The notes under the pieces are model-generated. The model did no database searches, was not told the DNA's origin, and saw only the letters and a list, made by a program, of their open reading frames with translations. Both the position numbers and the translations under genes were made by a program. A DNA stretch of 64,000 bases from Vulcanimicrobiota bacterium. GTDB lineage: Bacteria; Vulcanimicrobiota; Vulcanimicrobiia; Vulcanimicrobiales; Vulcanimicrobiaceae. Numbering within the stretch: the stretch's first letter is position 1; each line of letters starts with the position of its first letter. The stretch spans positions 284,501 to 348,500 of the forward strand of contig OY968762.1 of the NCBI GenBank assembly GCA_963695225.1, given 5' to 3'. Below, piece after piece: positions 39,968-49,202 of this stretch.

Positions 39968-41281
39968 CTATTGAGAATCCTTCTCCAAGAGCTCTGGCTG
40001 CGGCGGAACTGCGACACCTAGGACACCGCTGTCTAGGAATCCAAATGTGGTCGCCTCGCCATTCGCCCAGGCTGGCAAAAAGCTAGGATCTAACTCGTTC
40101 AGCGGCTTAATGTTGGTTTCGCCGGATGACCGCCAGATGATCATGACGTTTGCCGGGTCGACGTGGTCAATAACTATGGGTGAGTGGGTTGTTAAGATCA
40201 CCTGCTTCATCTTAGAGACGCGAGTACACGCGTCGACAAGGACACGAACTATCCAAGGATGCACAGAATTCTCTGGCTCCTCTAAGAAAATCACACTCGA
40301 GCCGGGATCAAACATTGCTACAAAGAGGGCCAGAGCTTGCACGGTGCCGTCAGAGATTTCGTCGACTGACCATGGCCTGCCAACGTTTCGCTCGTGAAAT
40401 GAGAGGCCGAGCCGGCGAGACGGAGTGTAAGATACCTCGATCTCGTCAAGACTCGGTAGAATTGCTTGCATTAGGCTCACGATCTCACGCCACGCAGCCT
40501 TATGTCTCTTCTGCAGCGTGTCGATGACAGCCGGAAGGTTTCCGCCATGTTTGCTAAGTTGAGGCTTCGGCCCCGGAACACCCTCATCACGCGAGATGTT
40601 CGGGTGAATTTGGAAGACTCTAATTTCGCCCATTACATTAGAGAAAGCAATCAGCGGCAGCGCGAAGCGACCGAGCGTTGTAATGAACAGCTCGGAACTG
40701 TTGAGAATACGGTCCGAGCGAGATGCAAAGTACTGGACATCTTGCACGTCAAGAAGCTGAGATCGTACGACGCGATCCGGCCGCTTCTTGATATCCGGCC
40801 GTTTTTTGATATAGTCGATAACGATCTTATCCTCAGAGCGATGTGCTCTAAGAAGGGGCGTATTCTTCTCTTCGAACTCATGTGAGATTTCAAGACTCTC
40901 GCTAACCACGTAGTATTCGGCTCGAATTGCAGCTCCCTTAGCAAGAAAGCTAAAGGAATGAACTATTGTAACCCAATCGCCGTTATCGGGTCGAATTGCC
41001 CGGGGAATATCATTCGATTCGAGGCGTACAGAGACGGTGAATTCAATTGGCCGCTTGGTGCGCCTCATTTTGCGGTGCGCGATGTTCTCGTAGCCACCCT
41101 TCGACGCTACGGCGATTTCGAGTCCGAAGCGATAGACGACCGCAAGAAACTCAAAGCAGTCACTTAAGTTCGTCTTGCCAGATGCATTTGGCCCTGCAAA
41201 GACTGTGAACTGCTTTGGCGAGAACTCGACGTCTCGTAAGGATTTATAGTTGCTGATCTTAAGGTGCTGAAGTTGAATGAT
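39968..41281 (-). CDS. ABC/SMC-type (AAA_15/21-like) ATPase
   Basis: My translation of the minus strand upstream of the track ORF continues in frame: (I)IQLQHLKISNYKSLRDVEFSPKQFTVFAGPNASGKTNLSDCFEFL. This supplies the Walker A that the 39968..41068 track ORF lacks. C-terminal ISDGT, IFLEEPENSVHP and TTHSP motifs are present. There is no ATG, GTG or TTG between the upstream stop and the P-loop. Confidence 0.7.
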   Translation of the reverse strand: MIQLQHLKISNYKSLRDVEFSPKQFTVFAGPNASGKTNLSDCFEFLAVVYRFGLEIAVASKGGYENIAHRKMRRTKRPIEFTVSVRLESNDIPRAIRPDNGDWVTIVHSFSFLAKGAAIRAEYYVVSESLEISHEFEEKNTPLLRAHRSEDKIVIDYIKKRPDIKKRPDRVVRSQLLDVQDVQYFASRSDRILNSSELFITTLGRFALPLIAFSNVMGEIRVFQIHPNISRDEGVPGPKPQLSKHGGNLPAVIDTLQKRHKAAWREIVSLMQAILPSLDEIEVSYTPSRRLGLSFHERNVGRPWSVDEISDGTVQALALFVAMFDPGSSVIFLEEPENSVHPWIVRVLVDACTRVSKMKQVILTTHSPIVIDHVDPANVMIIWRSSGETNIKPLNELDPSFLPAWANGEATTFGFLDSGVLGVAVPPQPELLEKDSQ

Positions 41282-41695
41282 AGCCTCACTTCAAGCCGGT
41301 CTTAGGCTCAGAGGAGCTCTGGCATGTTGCTTTTGGAAACGTGAGGGAAACGCCGCGAGTGTGAGTATCTGCGCTTCTGCGCGAGTTATCGCAGATCTGC
41401 CGTTCAATCCTGCGCTGGCCGGGTCGCTAATGCCGTGTTGGCGACGTAGATTGACCCGACATGTCGCCGCGCAACGCTCAGCGGATCGGTGACCCCCGTC
41501 TTAAGCGCGCCTTCTCAAGCCCCCGCACCCGTGCGCTCGCAAGCACTTTCTTGAGAACGCCGTCGAGCAGGGCCCGTGTGGTCGTGTGGTGAGTCCCTCG
41601 ATCCACACCGCGGGGAAGGCCCCAACTCAAGAGCGTGCGCCGGTGATCGATGCCCGGCAGTCGTCGAAGCACTCTACGCGTCGGCGAATCTTAGG

Positions 41696-43574
41696 CTAGT
41701 CCGCGTTGCACTTCAGAGGAATGTCCAGCCGAAGCTGCCGGCATCCGGCGGAGATTAGCGCATGGTAGGTAGCGTCGAGATCGGCTAGCGGCGGGACGAA
41801 GATCATCATCCCGTCGCGCCCACGCGTCATGAGGACGCGGTAGCTATTGAGCCTTAGCTGTCGAGCGTCGTGGGCCTTGCTCCGAACGACGGATGTGGCC
41901 CATTCTCTGCCGTTCCACACGAGGTCGGTATCCCAGCCAACGATTGGGAAATCGAGCTCGAGGCCTTGGCACGAGAACTCCGTCGCGACTTCGAGCATCT
42001 GGCAGCACGATTTCAGCGACGACGCGGGTTCGTTATACCAGGGACCGGGACGGAAGCCGCGAGTCGCTTGGAACGATGTGTTCATTCCGAAGAGCGGGAG
42101 ATGCTTCGCCTTCGATGAGCCGAGAAGCCCGAAGCGCCTTTCTTCCTCGCCCTCGTAACGAGCGCGAACGTAGCGCTTCGCTTCCTCAAGATCGCGTGTG
42201 ACATAGAGATCGAATGACGCGCGCTGCATCGAATCGGCGATGGACGCCGCCTCCGAGAGCTGCCCGTCGAGAACATGCTTCACCCAGTCGTGAAGGCCGC
42301 CGGCGGCATGCGATCGCAGCGTCACCTTGAGCTCGAGCGCATCGTCGACGACGACCTTCTGACCACCAAACACGGAAGCCACGTGCTGGGGGCAATGGAT
42401 CGTCCAATCGCCGCCGCTTGCCTTTATGGCGTCGCTCCAGAGCCGAAGGCCGCCCTCCTCGCCCAAGTGGATCTCCTGGCCCTCGCCGATCAGGCCGACG
42501 AGCATCGCCCAATCCGGCGTCCTCATGCCCAGCTTCACGAAGTCCTCGGGCTCCGAGAGTGGGTGCCCCCGTTTGCCCATCACGCGCTCGCTATCCCAGG
42601 CGCGCTGTGCCTCATCGTAGACCCAGATGTGTTCGGTCGGCAGCTTCTTTGAGGCGCCGCCGTAGCGAACGAGAAAACCATGCACGTCTTGAACGAAGAT
42701 CCGATTCTTGAGGGCGTGTTGGAGGACGTCGACCAGCGGGCCGTTGCCGGAGAGAAACACTGCCGGGCCGTTCCGCTTCGTCGTCCGAGAAGCGCGTCAA
42801 GTACACGAACTGAAGGCCAACGAGCGTCTTCCCGGCGCCGGGTACGCCGGTGACGAGCGCGAGGTGACGCTCCCCGTTCCTCTGCGCTTGGCCGGCGATG
42901 CGCTGAAGCGACTCCAGTGCCTCTGGGATTCCGGCACTCGACGCCCGGCGGATCTGCGGCAGTGCCTCATGTTCAAATATCCGGCGAGCAGCGGCGACCA
43001 ATGCCGGCAGAGGCTCGTAGTCGGCTTCGACCCATTGCGAAATGCTTGCCCGCGCGAGTTCGTGATTGTCCGGCACGGACTGAAGATACGAGGCGAGGGT
43101 CTTGCCTCCAAGGATGGTGACGTTATCGACATCCTGTGCGGGCAGGGACGCATCGTCGAGGGCCAGGATCGGCCGGACGTCGAGCTCGTGCGATCCGGCA
43201 TGATATTCGCGGAGATCGCGCGCATACGCGTCGACTTGATCGACGTCGCTCTGCTCGGCGTACTGCCGCCCTTTGAACTCGATCACATGCGCCGCCGGCC
43301 CCGTCAGGAGGACAACGTCCGGCCGCCGCCCGCGTTCCCGTGGTAGTTCGTACTCGAAAACGAGCCCCCAGTGCCGCACGCCCGGCCGTTGTTCGACGAG
43401 CTCATGGCATTCGCGCTTGAGGACCCTGATAGAATCGGCCCACGCCCGGATCTGCCCATCGCCGAGCGGCAGATTGAGATCGTGAATCAGCGCCGAGAAG
43501 TCCTTTTGCAAAGTAGCCGGCGTCTCTGCCAGGAACTCATCGATCGTACCGTACCAGCCGCAACCGTTATTGAT
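41696..43574 (-). pseudogene. DUF2075-family ATPase/helicase-like protein, interrupted by a 1-nt frameshift
   Basis: Track ORFs 42612..43511 (VTGVPGAGKT... FVYLTRFSDDEAERP) and 41696..42760 (FLSGNGPLVDVLQ...) are two halves of one DUF2075-type protein. The frames join at the run gccgggcc (42762-42769). Confidence 0.7.
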
Positions 43575-43613
43575 TTTGAGTCGACTCCTTAGAAGTTCGA
43601 TAAGATAACGGGT

Positions 43614-46334
43614 CTACCGCGCCGCAAGCTCAGCACCGCTTACGGGGATCATCGGCGCGTTCGCGCCCGCATAGTCCTCCGGCCGGCACGTGAAGATGAC
43701 GATCTGAGCCTGTTCCGCTAGCTCGCGAAGGACCAGGAGCAGCCGCCTGCGGCGCACTTCGTCCGCATGGACGAGCGGGTCGTCGAGGAGCACCGGCATT
43801 CGGCCGAGGCGGTCCGGCGCCGTTAGCAGCGATGCGTAGCCGAGGCGGACCAAGAGCCCGAGCTGGTCGATCGCCCCGAACGAAAGCTCCGTCACGTCGA
43901 TCGGGTGGTGCACGCCGTCGACCTGCAACTGCTCCATCGCGTGATGCTCGCTGATCTGTAGCCCTTCAAGCCTGCGGCCAAAGATGCGCTCGTACCAGGG
44001 ACCGACGCGCGCCAGTACGGGCGCCGCGTAAGCTGCGACGCGCTGATCGTCCGCCGTTTTCACGAGTACGTAGAGCCGCTTGAGGGCCCGTTCCTCCTTC
44101 TGCGCTCGCTCGAGATCACGCCGCACGCGTTCGCGCTGCTCCTCGTACTCGCTCAATTCCGCGCCCGGCGCAGCGTTGCGCTTTGCTTCGAGGCTCGCCC
44201 GGAGCCGCGCGCATTCGCCTTCGGCCTCCCGCGCGAGCTTCGCGAGCGTCTCGGCCTGCGCTTCGACCTCTTCGAGCGCGGCCGCCGGATCGGCGAGTTC
44301 GGCATACGGCGCATAGGCGGCGACTGCCGCCTCCAGCGCTAGCGTCGCAGTCTGATCCTTCTGGTAGGCATCGCTCAACTGAGCGGCGCGCTGCTCGTCG
44401 CTCTCGTTTGCGAGCAGCCGCTTGAGCGTTTCTCGCAGCGGCGTGAGCTTCTGCTCCCGCAGTTGGGCGTATGCCGCCTTGTCATCGTCCGATCGCTTGC
44501 GAGCCACCGATAGCACAAGTGCGCTTCGCTCGAACTCTGCGCGCGCGGCCTCGCGTTTTGCTTCGTTTGCCTGCTCCCTCTCGGAGATCCGCACGCTCAG
44601 CGCGTCGCGGTCGTCATCCGCTCCCGCCTCCGCGAGCAGCGCGTCGATCGTCGTAATCCGAGAGGCGATCGCGCGGGGGTCCGCTCCGCTGAGCCGGTCC
44701 GATCGGGCAGCCTTCAGCTCCTCGATCTCTCGTCTCAACACCGCAGCGCGCTCACGGGCGACGCGCAGTTCGCTGGTGTCGGCAGTCCCGGCGGCCGCCT
44801 CGATCGCGGCGATCCGCTGGTTCGCTTTCGAGAGTTGACTCTGCGCAGCGGCGAGGTCTGCCACGGGCCCGCGGACCTCGATCGCGCCGACGCCCTCGAT
44901 CTCGAGGCGGATCGGGCCGTCTCCGATAAAGCGGGCGGGCTCGCCGGCCGGCGCCGTCTCCTCCCGTTCGATCCCGGCCGCCGTCCAGCGAATCGGAAAC
45001 GCTCGCTCGGGCGTGAAGGTGACGCTCGTGCGCGCCGCCTCCAGTTGCGCTGTGAGGTCCCGGCTGCGTTTGATGAGGCCTTCGAGTTCAGAAATCGTCG
45101 CGTCGTCGATCTCGGGCAGCGCGCCGAGTTCCTCGGCCTTGCTCGCGATGTTCCCGTCGTAAGCCGCGACGTCGAGTTGCTGCCGCGCGAGCTTCTCGCG
45201 CTCCCCGCGCAGCCGTTCGGCGCGATTCGCCTCTTCGAGCCGGCGGCGCCACGCGGCAAGCTCGGTATCTTCGGAGGTCGCCTCGTTCAGCGTGAGCTGC
45301 GCGGCGTCGTGCGCGGCTGTGGCTTCGCGCAATGCCGCTTCGCTCTCGGCCAGCGCCGCCGCGAGTTTGCGTTCGTTGCCTTCCTCCGCGGCGAGCAGCT
45401 CCTGCGTCTCGCCGATTGCGCGCTTGCGCTCGACCGCCTCCGCGTACGCCTTTGCAGCCGCATTGTGTGCCGCCCGCGCGCTGTCGAGCGCGCCTTTCAG
45501 CTTAACGGCGTCCCTGAAGCGCGGACGTTCTGCCTGCACGCGCGCCTGCGCCTCAGCCGCCGCCGCGCTGCGCGCGTCGCTCGAGTCCTCGGCATCGCGC
45601 AGGGCGACCGCAAGCGCTTCCAGCTCGCTGACGCCCGCGGCGCGGCATCTGATCTCCTCATCCAGCTGCCTGAGTTCCTCGGCTAGCGCTGGGCTCGGCG
45701 CGGTTTTCCGCGGTTGGCCGTCGCCTTTGAAGGTCGCGTCATACGCCTTCTTGATCCGCTGCGCGATCTGCGCTTCGCGTTCCGTCTGTCCGGCGGCGCC
45801 GATCGCCTGGCTCAGGCGCGCTTGCGCGCTAGAGTTCAGTGCGAGGTCTTTCTCGTCTCCGAGAATCGGGATCCGCCCCTGCGGCGCGAATAGCAACTGC
45901 GCGAGCCCCAAGTGCCGCCCCTGGAAGCCGCTGAAGGCGCCTTTCCCGGGCGGATCGCCCTCGAAGATCTTGGTGACGAAATCGTCCGCGTCGGCGCCCA
46001 TGAAGGGCGTCGCTTTCCCGGCGGTGTCGAGCGTCGAGAGCTGCGTGCCGCCGCGCGGTCCCCACCATTTTTCGAGGCGGTACTCGACGCCGCCGTGCGC
46101 GAAATCGACGATGACCGTCGGCGCAAGGCCGCTCGTATCCCACGGGGCGAGCGTCTCGATATCCGCGCCGCCCGCGCCCGAGCGGCGGAAGAACGCGTAC
46201 TGCAGCGCCTGGAAGAGCGTCGATTTGCCGGCCTCGTTCGGGCCGTGCACGATCGTCATCCGCTCGTCCAGCGTGAACTCGACGGGGCGGTTGTGGCGGC
46301 GGAAGTGCTTCAGTTCGACGCGTCGCAGAATCAT
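43614..46334 (-). CDS. SbcC/Rad50-like SMC-type ATPase
   Basis: MILRRVELKHFRRH...GPNEAGKST Walker A, a ~600-aa Ala/Glu/Arg-rich coiled coil, and C-terminal LSFGAIDQLGLL signature-like and VLLDDPLVHAD Walker B/D-loop motifs. ATGA overlap with the sbcD-like gene. Confidence 0.8.
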   Translation of the reverse strand: MILRRVELKHFRRHNRPVEFTLDERMTIVHGPNEAGKSTLFQALQYAFFRRSGAGGADIETLAPWDTSGLAPTVIVDFAHGGVEYRLEKWWGPRGGTQLSTLDTAGKATPFMGADADDFVTKIFEGDPPGKGAFSGFQGRHLGLAQLLFAPQGRIPILGDEKDLALNSSAQARLSQAIGAAGQTEREAQIAQRIKKAYDATFKGDGQPRKTAPSPALAEELRQLDEEIRCRAAGVSELEALAVALRDAEDSSDARSAAAAEAQARVQAERPRFRDAVKLKGALDSARAAHNAAAKAYAEAVERKRAIGETQELLAAEEGNERKLAAALAESEAALREATAAHDAAQLTLNEATSEDTELAAWRRRLEEANRAERLRGEREKLARQQLDVAAYDGNIASKAEELGALPEIDDATISELEGLIKRSRDLTAQLEAARTSVTFTPERAFPIRWTAAGIEREETAPAGEPARFIGDGPIRLEIEGVGAIEVRGPVADLAAAQSQLSKANQRIAAIEAAAGTADTSELRVARERAAVLRREIEELKAARSDRLSGADPRAIASRITTIDALLAEAGADDDRDALSVRISEREQANEAKREAARAEFERSALVLSVARKRSDDDKAAYAQLREQKLTPLRETLKRLLANESDEQRAAQLSDAYQKDQTATLALEAAVAAYAPYAELADPAAALEEVEAQAETLAKLAREAEGECARLRASLEAKRNAAPGAELSEYEEQRERVRRDLERAQKEERALKRLYVLVKTADDQRVAAYAAPVLARVGPWYERIFGRRLEGLQISEHHAMEQLQVDGVHHPIDVTELSFGAIDQLGLLVRLGYASLLTAPDRLGRMPVLLDDPLVHADEVRRRRLLLVLRELAEQAQIVIFTCRPEDYAGANAPMIPVSGAELAAR

Positions 46335-47536
46335 CGCGCGAACTCCGCGAGCAGCTCGAGGGCGCGCCCGGCCGTGGCCGTGTCCTCGTTGCGATCGATC
46401 TGGTCGAGCAGGTGCGCGGCGATGCCTTGGAACTCGCCGGGTGGGAAGGCCGCCAGCCACGCTTCGCGCGTCTGCGGCCGCGCCTCGATCGCGCGTTCGA
46501 AGGCGATGAAGAAGAAGCGCGCGCCAAGTTCGGCTTCGAGGGCGGCGAGCCGCTCTGCGGCGGCCGGCGTGCACAAGCCTCGGACGTGGATGCGCGCGAG
46601 CGTCCGCTCCGGCGCTTCGAGCGCGCGCAGGTCGCCCGCGAGGCGATCGACCGAGGCTTCATCCGAGATCTCGTGCGTGCGTTCGATCCAGCGGAGCTCC
46701 CCGACCGGGATGCGCTCGATCGACGGCCGCGCGCCGCGTGCGGCGATCGTCACGATCGAGACCGTTCCGCAATCGCGATCGGCGAAGCTGGACTGTTCCG
46801 GCGTCCCGCAGTAGGCGATCTGCGCGGCGCCGTCGTCGTAGCTCTGGGCGCTGTGCCAGTGGCCGAGCGCGAGGTAATCGAGGCGCCCGCGGGAGGCCGC
46901 GTCCAGGGGAATCGGAAACGAGCCGCGCTGCTCGCCTTCCGATGTCTCGATCGTGCCGGGGATCTGCAGCTCGCCGTGCGCGAGGCCGACGCGGATCGCT
47001 TCCGGCGCCGTGTCGTGGCCGGCATACCATGCGGTCGGGTCCTCGGTGCTGTACTTCTTCAGGCAGGGAGATGCGAGCAGGACGCCGCCGCCGGGGAGGT
47101 CGTAGGCGCGCGGCTCGTGGATCGTCACGACGTTCGCTCCGTCCAGCGTCTGCCAGGCCGCGCCGGCGTACGGTCCGTCGAGCCCGCCCGGATCGTGATT
47201 GCCGGGGAGGATGTAGACCGGCATCTTCGCGCGCCGCAGCGCGCCCGCTACTTGCCCGATCTCGGCGGCGTGCGGCGTGCGCTCTTCGAACTGATCCCCG
47301 GCGACGAGGATGAAGTCGACCTGCTGCTGGTTGGCGATGTCGATGATCCGCTCGACGGTCCTCCGCCGCGCCTCGCGCACGGCGCCGGCCTTGTCGCCGG
47401 CTTGCAAGCACTTCATCCCGATTTGCCAGTCCGCGGTATGCAAGAACTTCAGGGGTGATCCTCCGTTGCCGACGCATGCACTGTTCCCGGGCTCTATATC
47501 GTGGCCGCGGGCGTGCCGTGCATCACCGTACGCCAC
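46331..47536 (-). CDS. SbcD/Mre11-like metallophosphoesterase
   Basis: HTADWQIG, GDQFE, GNHD and GHWH calcineurin-like phosphoesterase motifs. The functional start may be the CTG at 47452, with GGAGGA 6 nt upstream, rather than the ATG at 47536. Confidence 0.8.
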   Translation of the reverse strand: MAYGDARHARGHDIEPGNSACVGNGGSPLKFLHTADWQIGMKCLQAGDKAGAVREARRRTVERIIDIANQQQVDFILVAGDQFEERTPHAAEIGQVAGALRRAKMPVYILPGNHDPGGLDGPYAGAAWQTLDGANVVTIHEPRAYDLPGGGVLLASPCLKKYSTEDPTAWYAGHDTAPEAIRVGLAHGELQIPGTIETSEGEQRGSFPIPLDAASRGRLDYLALGHWHSAQSYDDGAAQIAYCGTPEQSSFADRDCGTVSIVTIAARGARPSIERIPVGELRWIERTHEISDEASVDRLAGDLRALEAPERTLARIHVRGLCTPAAAERLAALEAELGARFFFIAFERAIEARPQTREAWLAAFPPGEFQGIAAHLLDQIDRNEDTATAGRALELLAEFAR

Positions 47537-47646
47537 GCGCGCGTCGCACGGTTGACGTACGCATACGATACGTTATCGGCGGCAGCGTACGCCGTGTCGA
47601 GGACTTAGGCGAGACAAAATTTTGTGCGCGATGTAGTGCGTAGTGT
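46838..47646. repeat. direct repeat copy A (~0.8 kb: sbcD 5' two-thirds plus upstream region)
   Basis: Near-identical to 56828..57636 by direct reading at an offset of ~9990 bp. Homology starts at ...tagc(t/a)ctgggcgctgtgccagtgg and fades after tgtagtgcgtagtg. Confidence 0.9.
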
Positions 47647-47936
47647 AAGTGAACTTGCGGTCCACGCTGTCGGCCCTTCGCGAAGTCTACCGGGCCGTCG
47701 CGGCCATCACAAAGCTAGGAGCAGTCTAGCGCTCAAGCCATTTCCGGGTGTTGCTAAAGGACCCCAACCCGAGCGCCGATGCAAGAGCGCAGATGCAGGT
47801 ACGCCGATGAGATCCACGCGAGCGCGCGGTCGCCATCATGGGTTCCCTGGCCCGCAAGACGTTGTCTCTTCTCGCGCTTCGTATCTCCGTGTCTCCAGTC
47901 TACTAAAGCCAAACTCCTCCCGATAACGAGCACTTT

Positions 47937-49202
47937 ATGAAACCAGGACTGCGATTCGCCGACGCGCTGAGATGGGCGTGTTTCAGCGCGCTTGTCGCCA
48001 TGCTCGCGACCCTTGGCGCTGCCGTCGATGTTTCTGCGGAGGACTCTCTTGAGGCGGCCTATTCAGCGATCCAACCCTCCCTTGTACTAATTGGCTCCTT
48101 TAAGGGAAGGACCTTACTCGACACTGGATCTGGCTTCGTTGTTGGTAATCGCAACGGCCACGCGTTGATCATAACAAATCGCCATGTCGTTGCCAGCGGC
48201 GACAACTACGTCGCCATTCGCCAATACCCAACGACAATCTCCGCTACGCTTCACCTCGTGAGAGTGGGCACAGCTGACGATGTCGCGCTACTAGAAGCGA
48301 GCAGCGGTTCGATACCGCCGGTCTCCTTCCTGAACGGCTTGCCAACGCTCGGTCATCGCATCGCCGTCGCAGGTTATCCGCGCACGCAGTTAACCTTTGC
48401 GCAACTCGGCTTGGGGTTGACGCCGTCTATCCATGCCGGCACGGTGAACGCCTTACCGGCTAATGGGTATTACGTTCAATATGATGCTCAGACTGAGCCT
48501 GGAAACAGCGGCGGTCCTCTTTTCGATGCTAATACCGGTGCCGTCTTCGGAATTGTCGTTGCAAAGGTAAAGGGGGCAAACGAGAGCAATATCGCGATCG
48601 CGTTCCCGAGGCTTGCGAAGTTCCTCAGCAACGCAGGTGTTGGGCTCCGAACACGGCCGGACTCAGATGCAACTGCAGCAGTCCCGTCGCCGACGCCGAT
48701 TCCGACGCCGGTACCGACTCCAGCGATCGACGTGAGCGCATGCCGGTCCGCACTCTCTGATTTCTATACGGCAAGTACGGCGCTGAACGATGCCTTTAAT
48801 CGCTACATTAGAGCACAGCAGAGCGCAAGCTCATCGGCTCAGGTGGCAACCACTCGCGTCGCGATGAGTGTGGCGCAGATCGCAGCTGCCTACGAGCTTC
48901 GGGCGATCCGATCTGTGATCGACGCCGAAGAGCCAAAGTTCATCGGGCCGGAATCGTCGATCGAACAAAGCGGAGCACTCGAGACAGCGCGCTTGACGAG
49001 TCGCATAATTAACCACATACATATGCGCGATGGATACGCCCTAAACTGGTCTCAAGCACGATACAGTCTATTTGGGAACATTGCGAATGGCGGCTCCGGT
49101 TTCCAGCTCGATCAAACACCGCTAAACGAAAGCAATTTTCTGACAGGACAGATCGACAGCGACTTTTCCGAACTACGGCTAGCTCGGCCCTGTCAGCAGT
49201 AG
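47937..49202 (+). CDS. secreted trypsin-like (S1-type) serine protease with C-terminal domain of unknown function
   Basis: Hydrophobic N-terminus. Candidate catalytic residues in ITNRHVV, DVALLE and GNSGGPLFD. A Pro/Thr linker (PSPTPIPTPVPTP) precedes a ~170-aa C-terminal region. Confidence 0.75.
   Translation: MKPGLRFADALRWACFSALVAMLATLGAAVDVSAEDSLEAAYSAIQPSLVLIGSFKGRTLLDTGSGFVVGNRNGHALIITNRHVVASGDNYVAIRQYPTTISATLHLVRVGTADDVALLEASSGSIPPVSFLNGLPTLGHRIAVAGYPRTQLTFAQLGLGLTPSIHAGTVNALPANGYYVQYDAQTEPGNSGGPLFDANTGAVFGIVVAKVKGANESNIAIAFPRLAKFLSNAGVGLRTRPDSDATAAVPSPTPIPTPVPTPAIDVSACRSALSDFYTASTALNDAFNRYIRAQQSASSSAQVATTRVAMSVAQIAAAYELRAIRSVIDAEEPKFIGPESSIEQSGALETARLTSRIINHIHMRDGYALNWSQARYSLFGNIANGGSGFQLDQTPLNESNFLTGQIDSDFSELRLARPCQQ

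Noticed and set aside
41300-41697. The 9-bp string tcttaggct occurs at both ends (41300-41308 and 41689-41697) of the 414-bp gap between the ABC ATPase and DUF2075 genes. ORFs 41277..41492 and 41478..41672 lie in the gap.
   Set aside because: A single 9-bp match is within chance expectation, and nothing between the copies resembles a mobile element. The ORFs lack any supporting features.
44080-47477. Plus-strand and alternative-frame ORFs over the sbcC/sbcD-like genes (44835..45686, 45292..46509, 45829..46662, 45912..46814, 46412..47458, 46659..47477), and their counterparts at 56555..57466 and 56965..57447.
   Set aside because: Low-complexity Arg/Ala/Ser translations. The SbcC/SbcD frames carry the diagnostic motifs.
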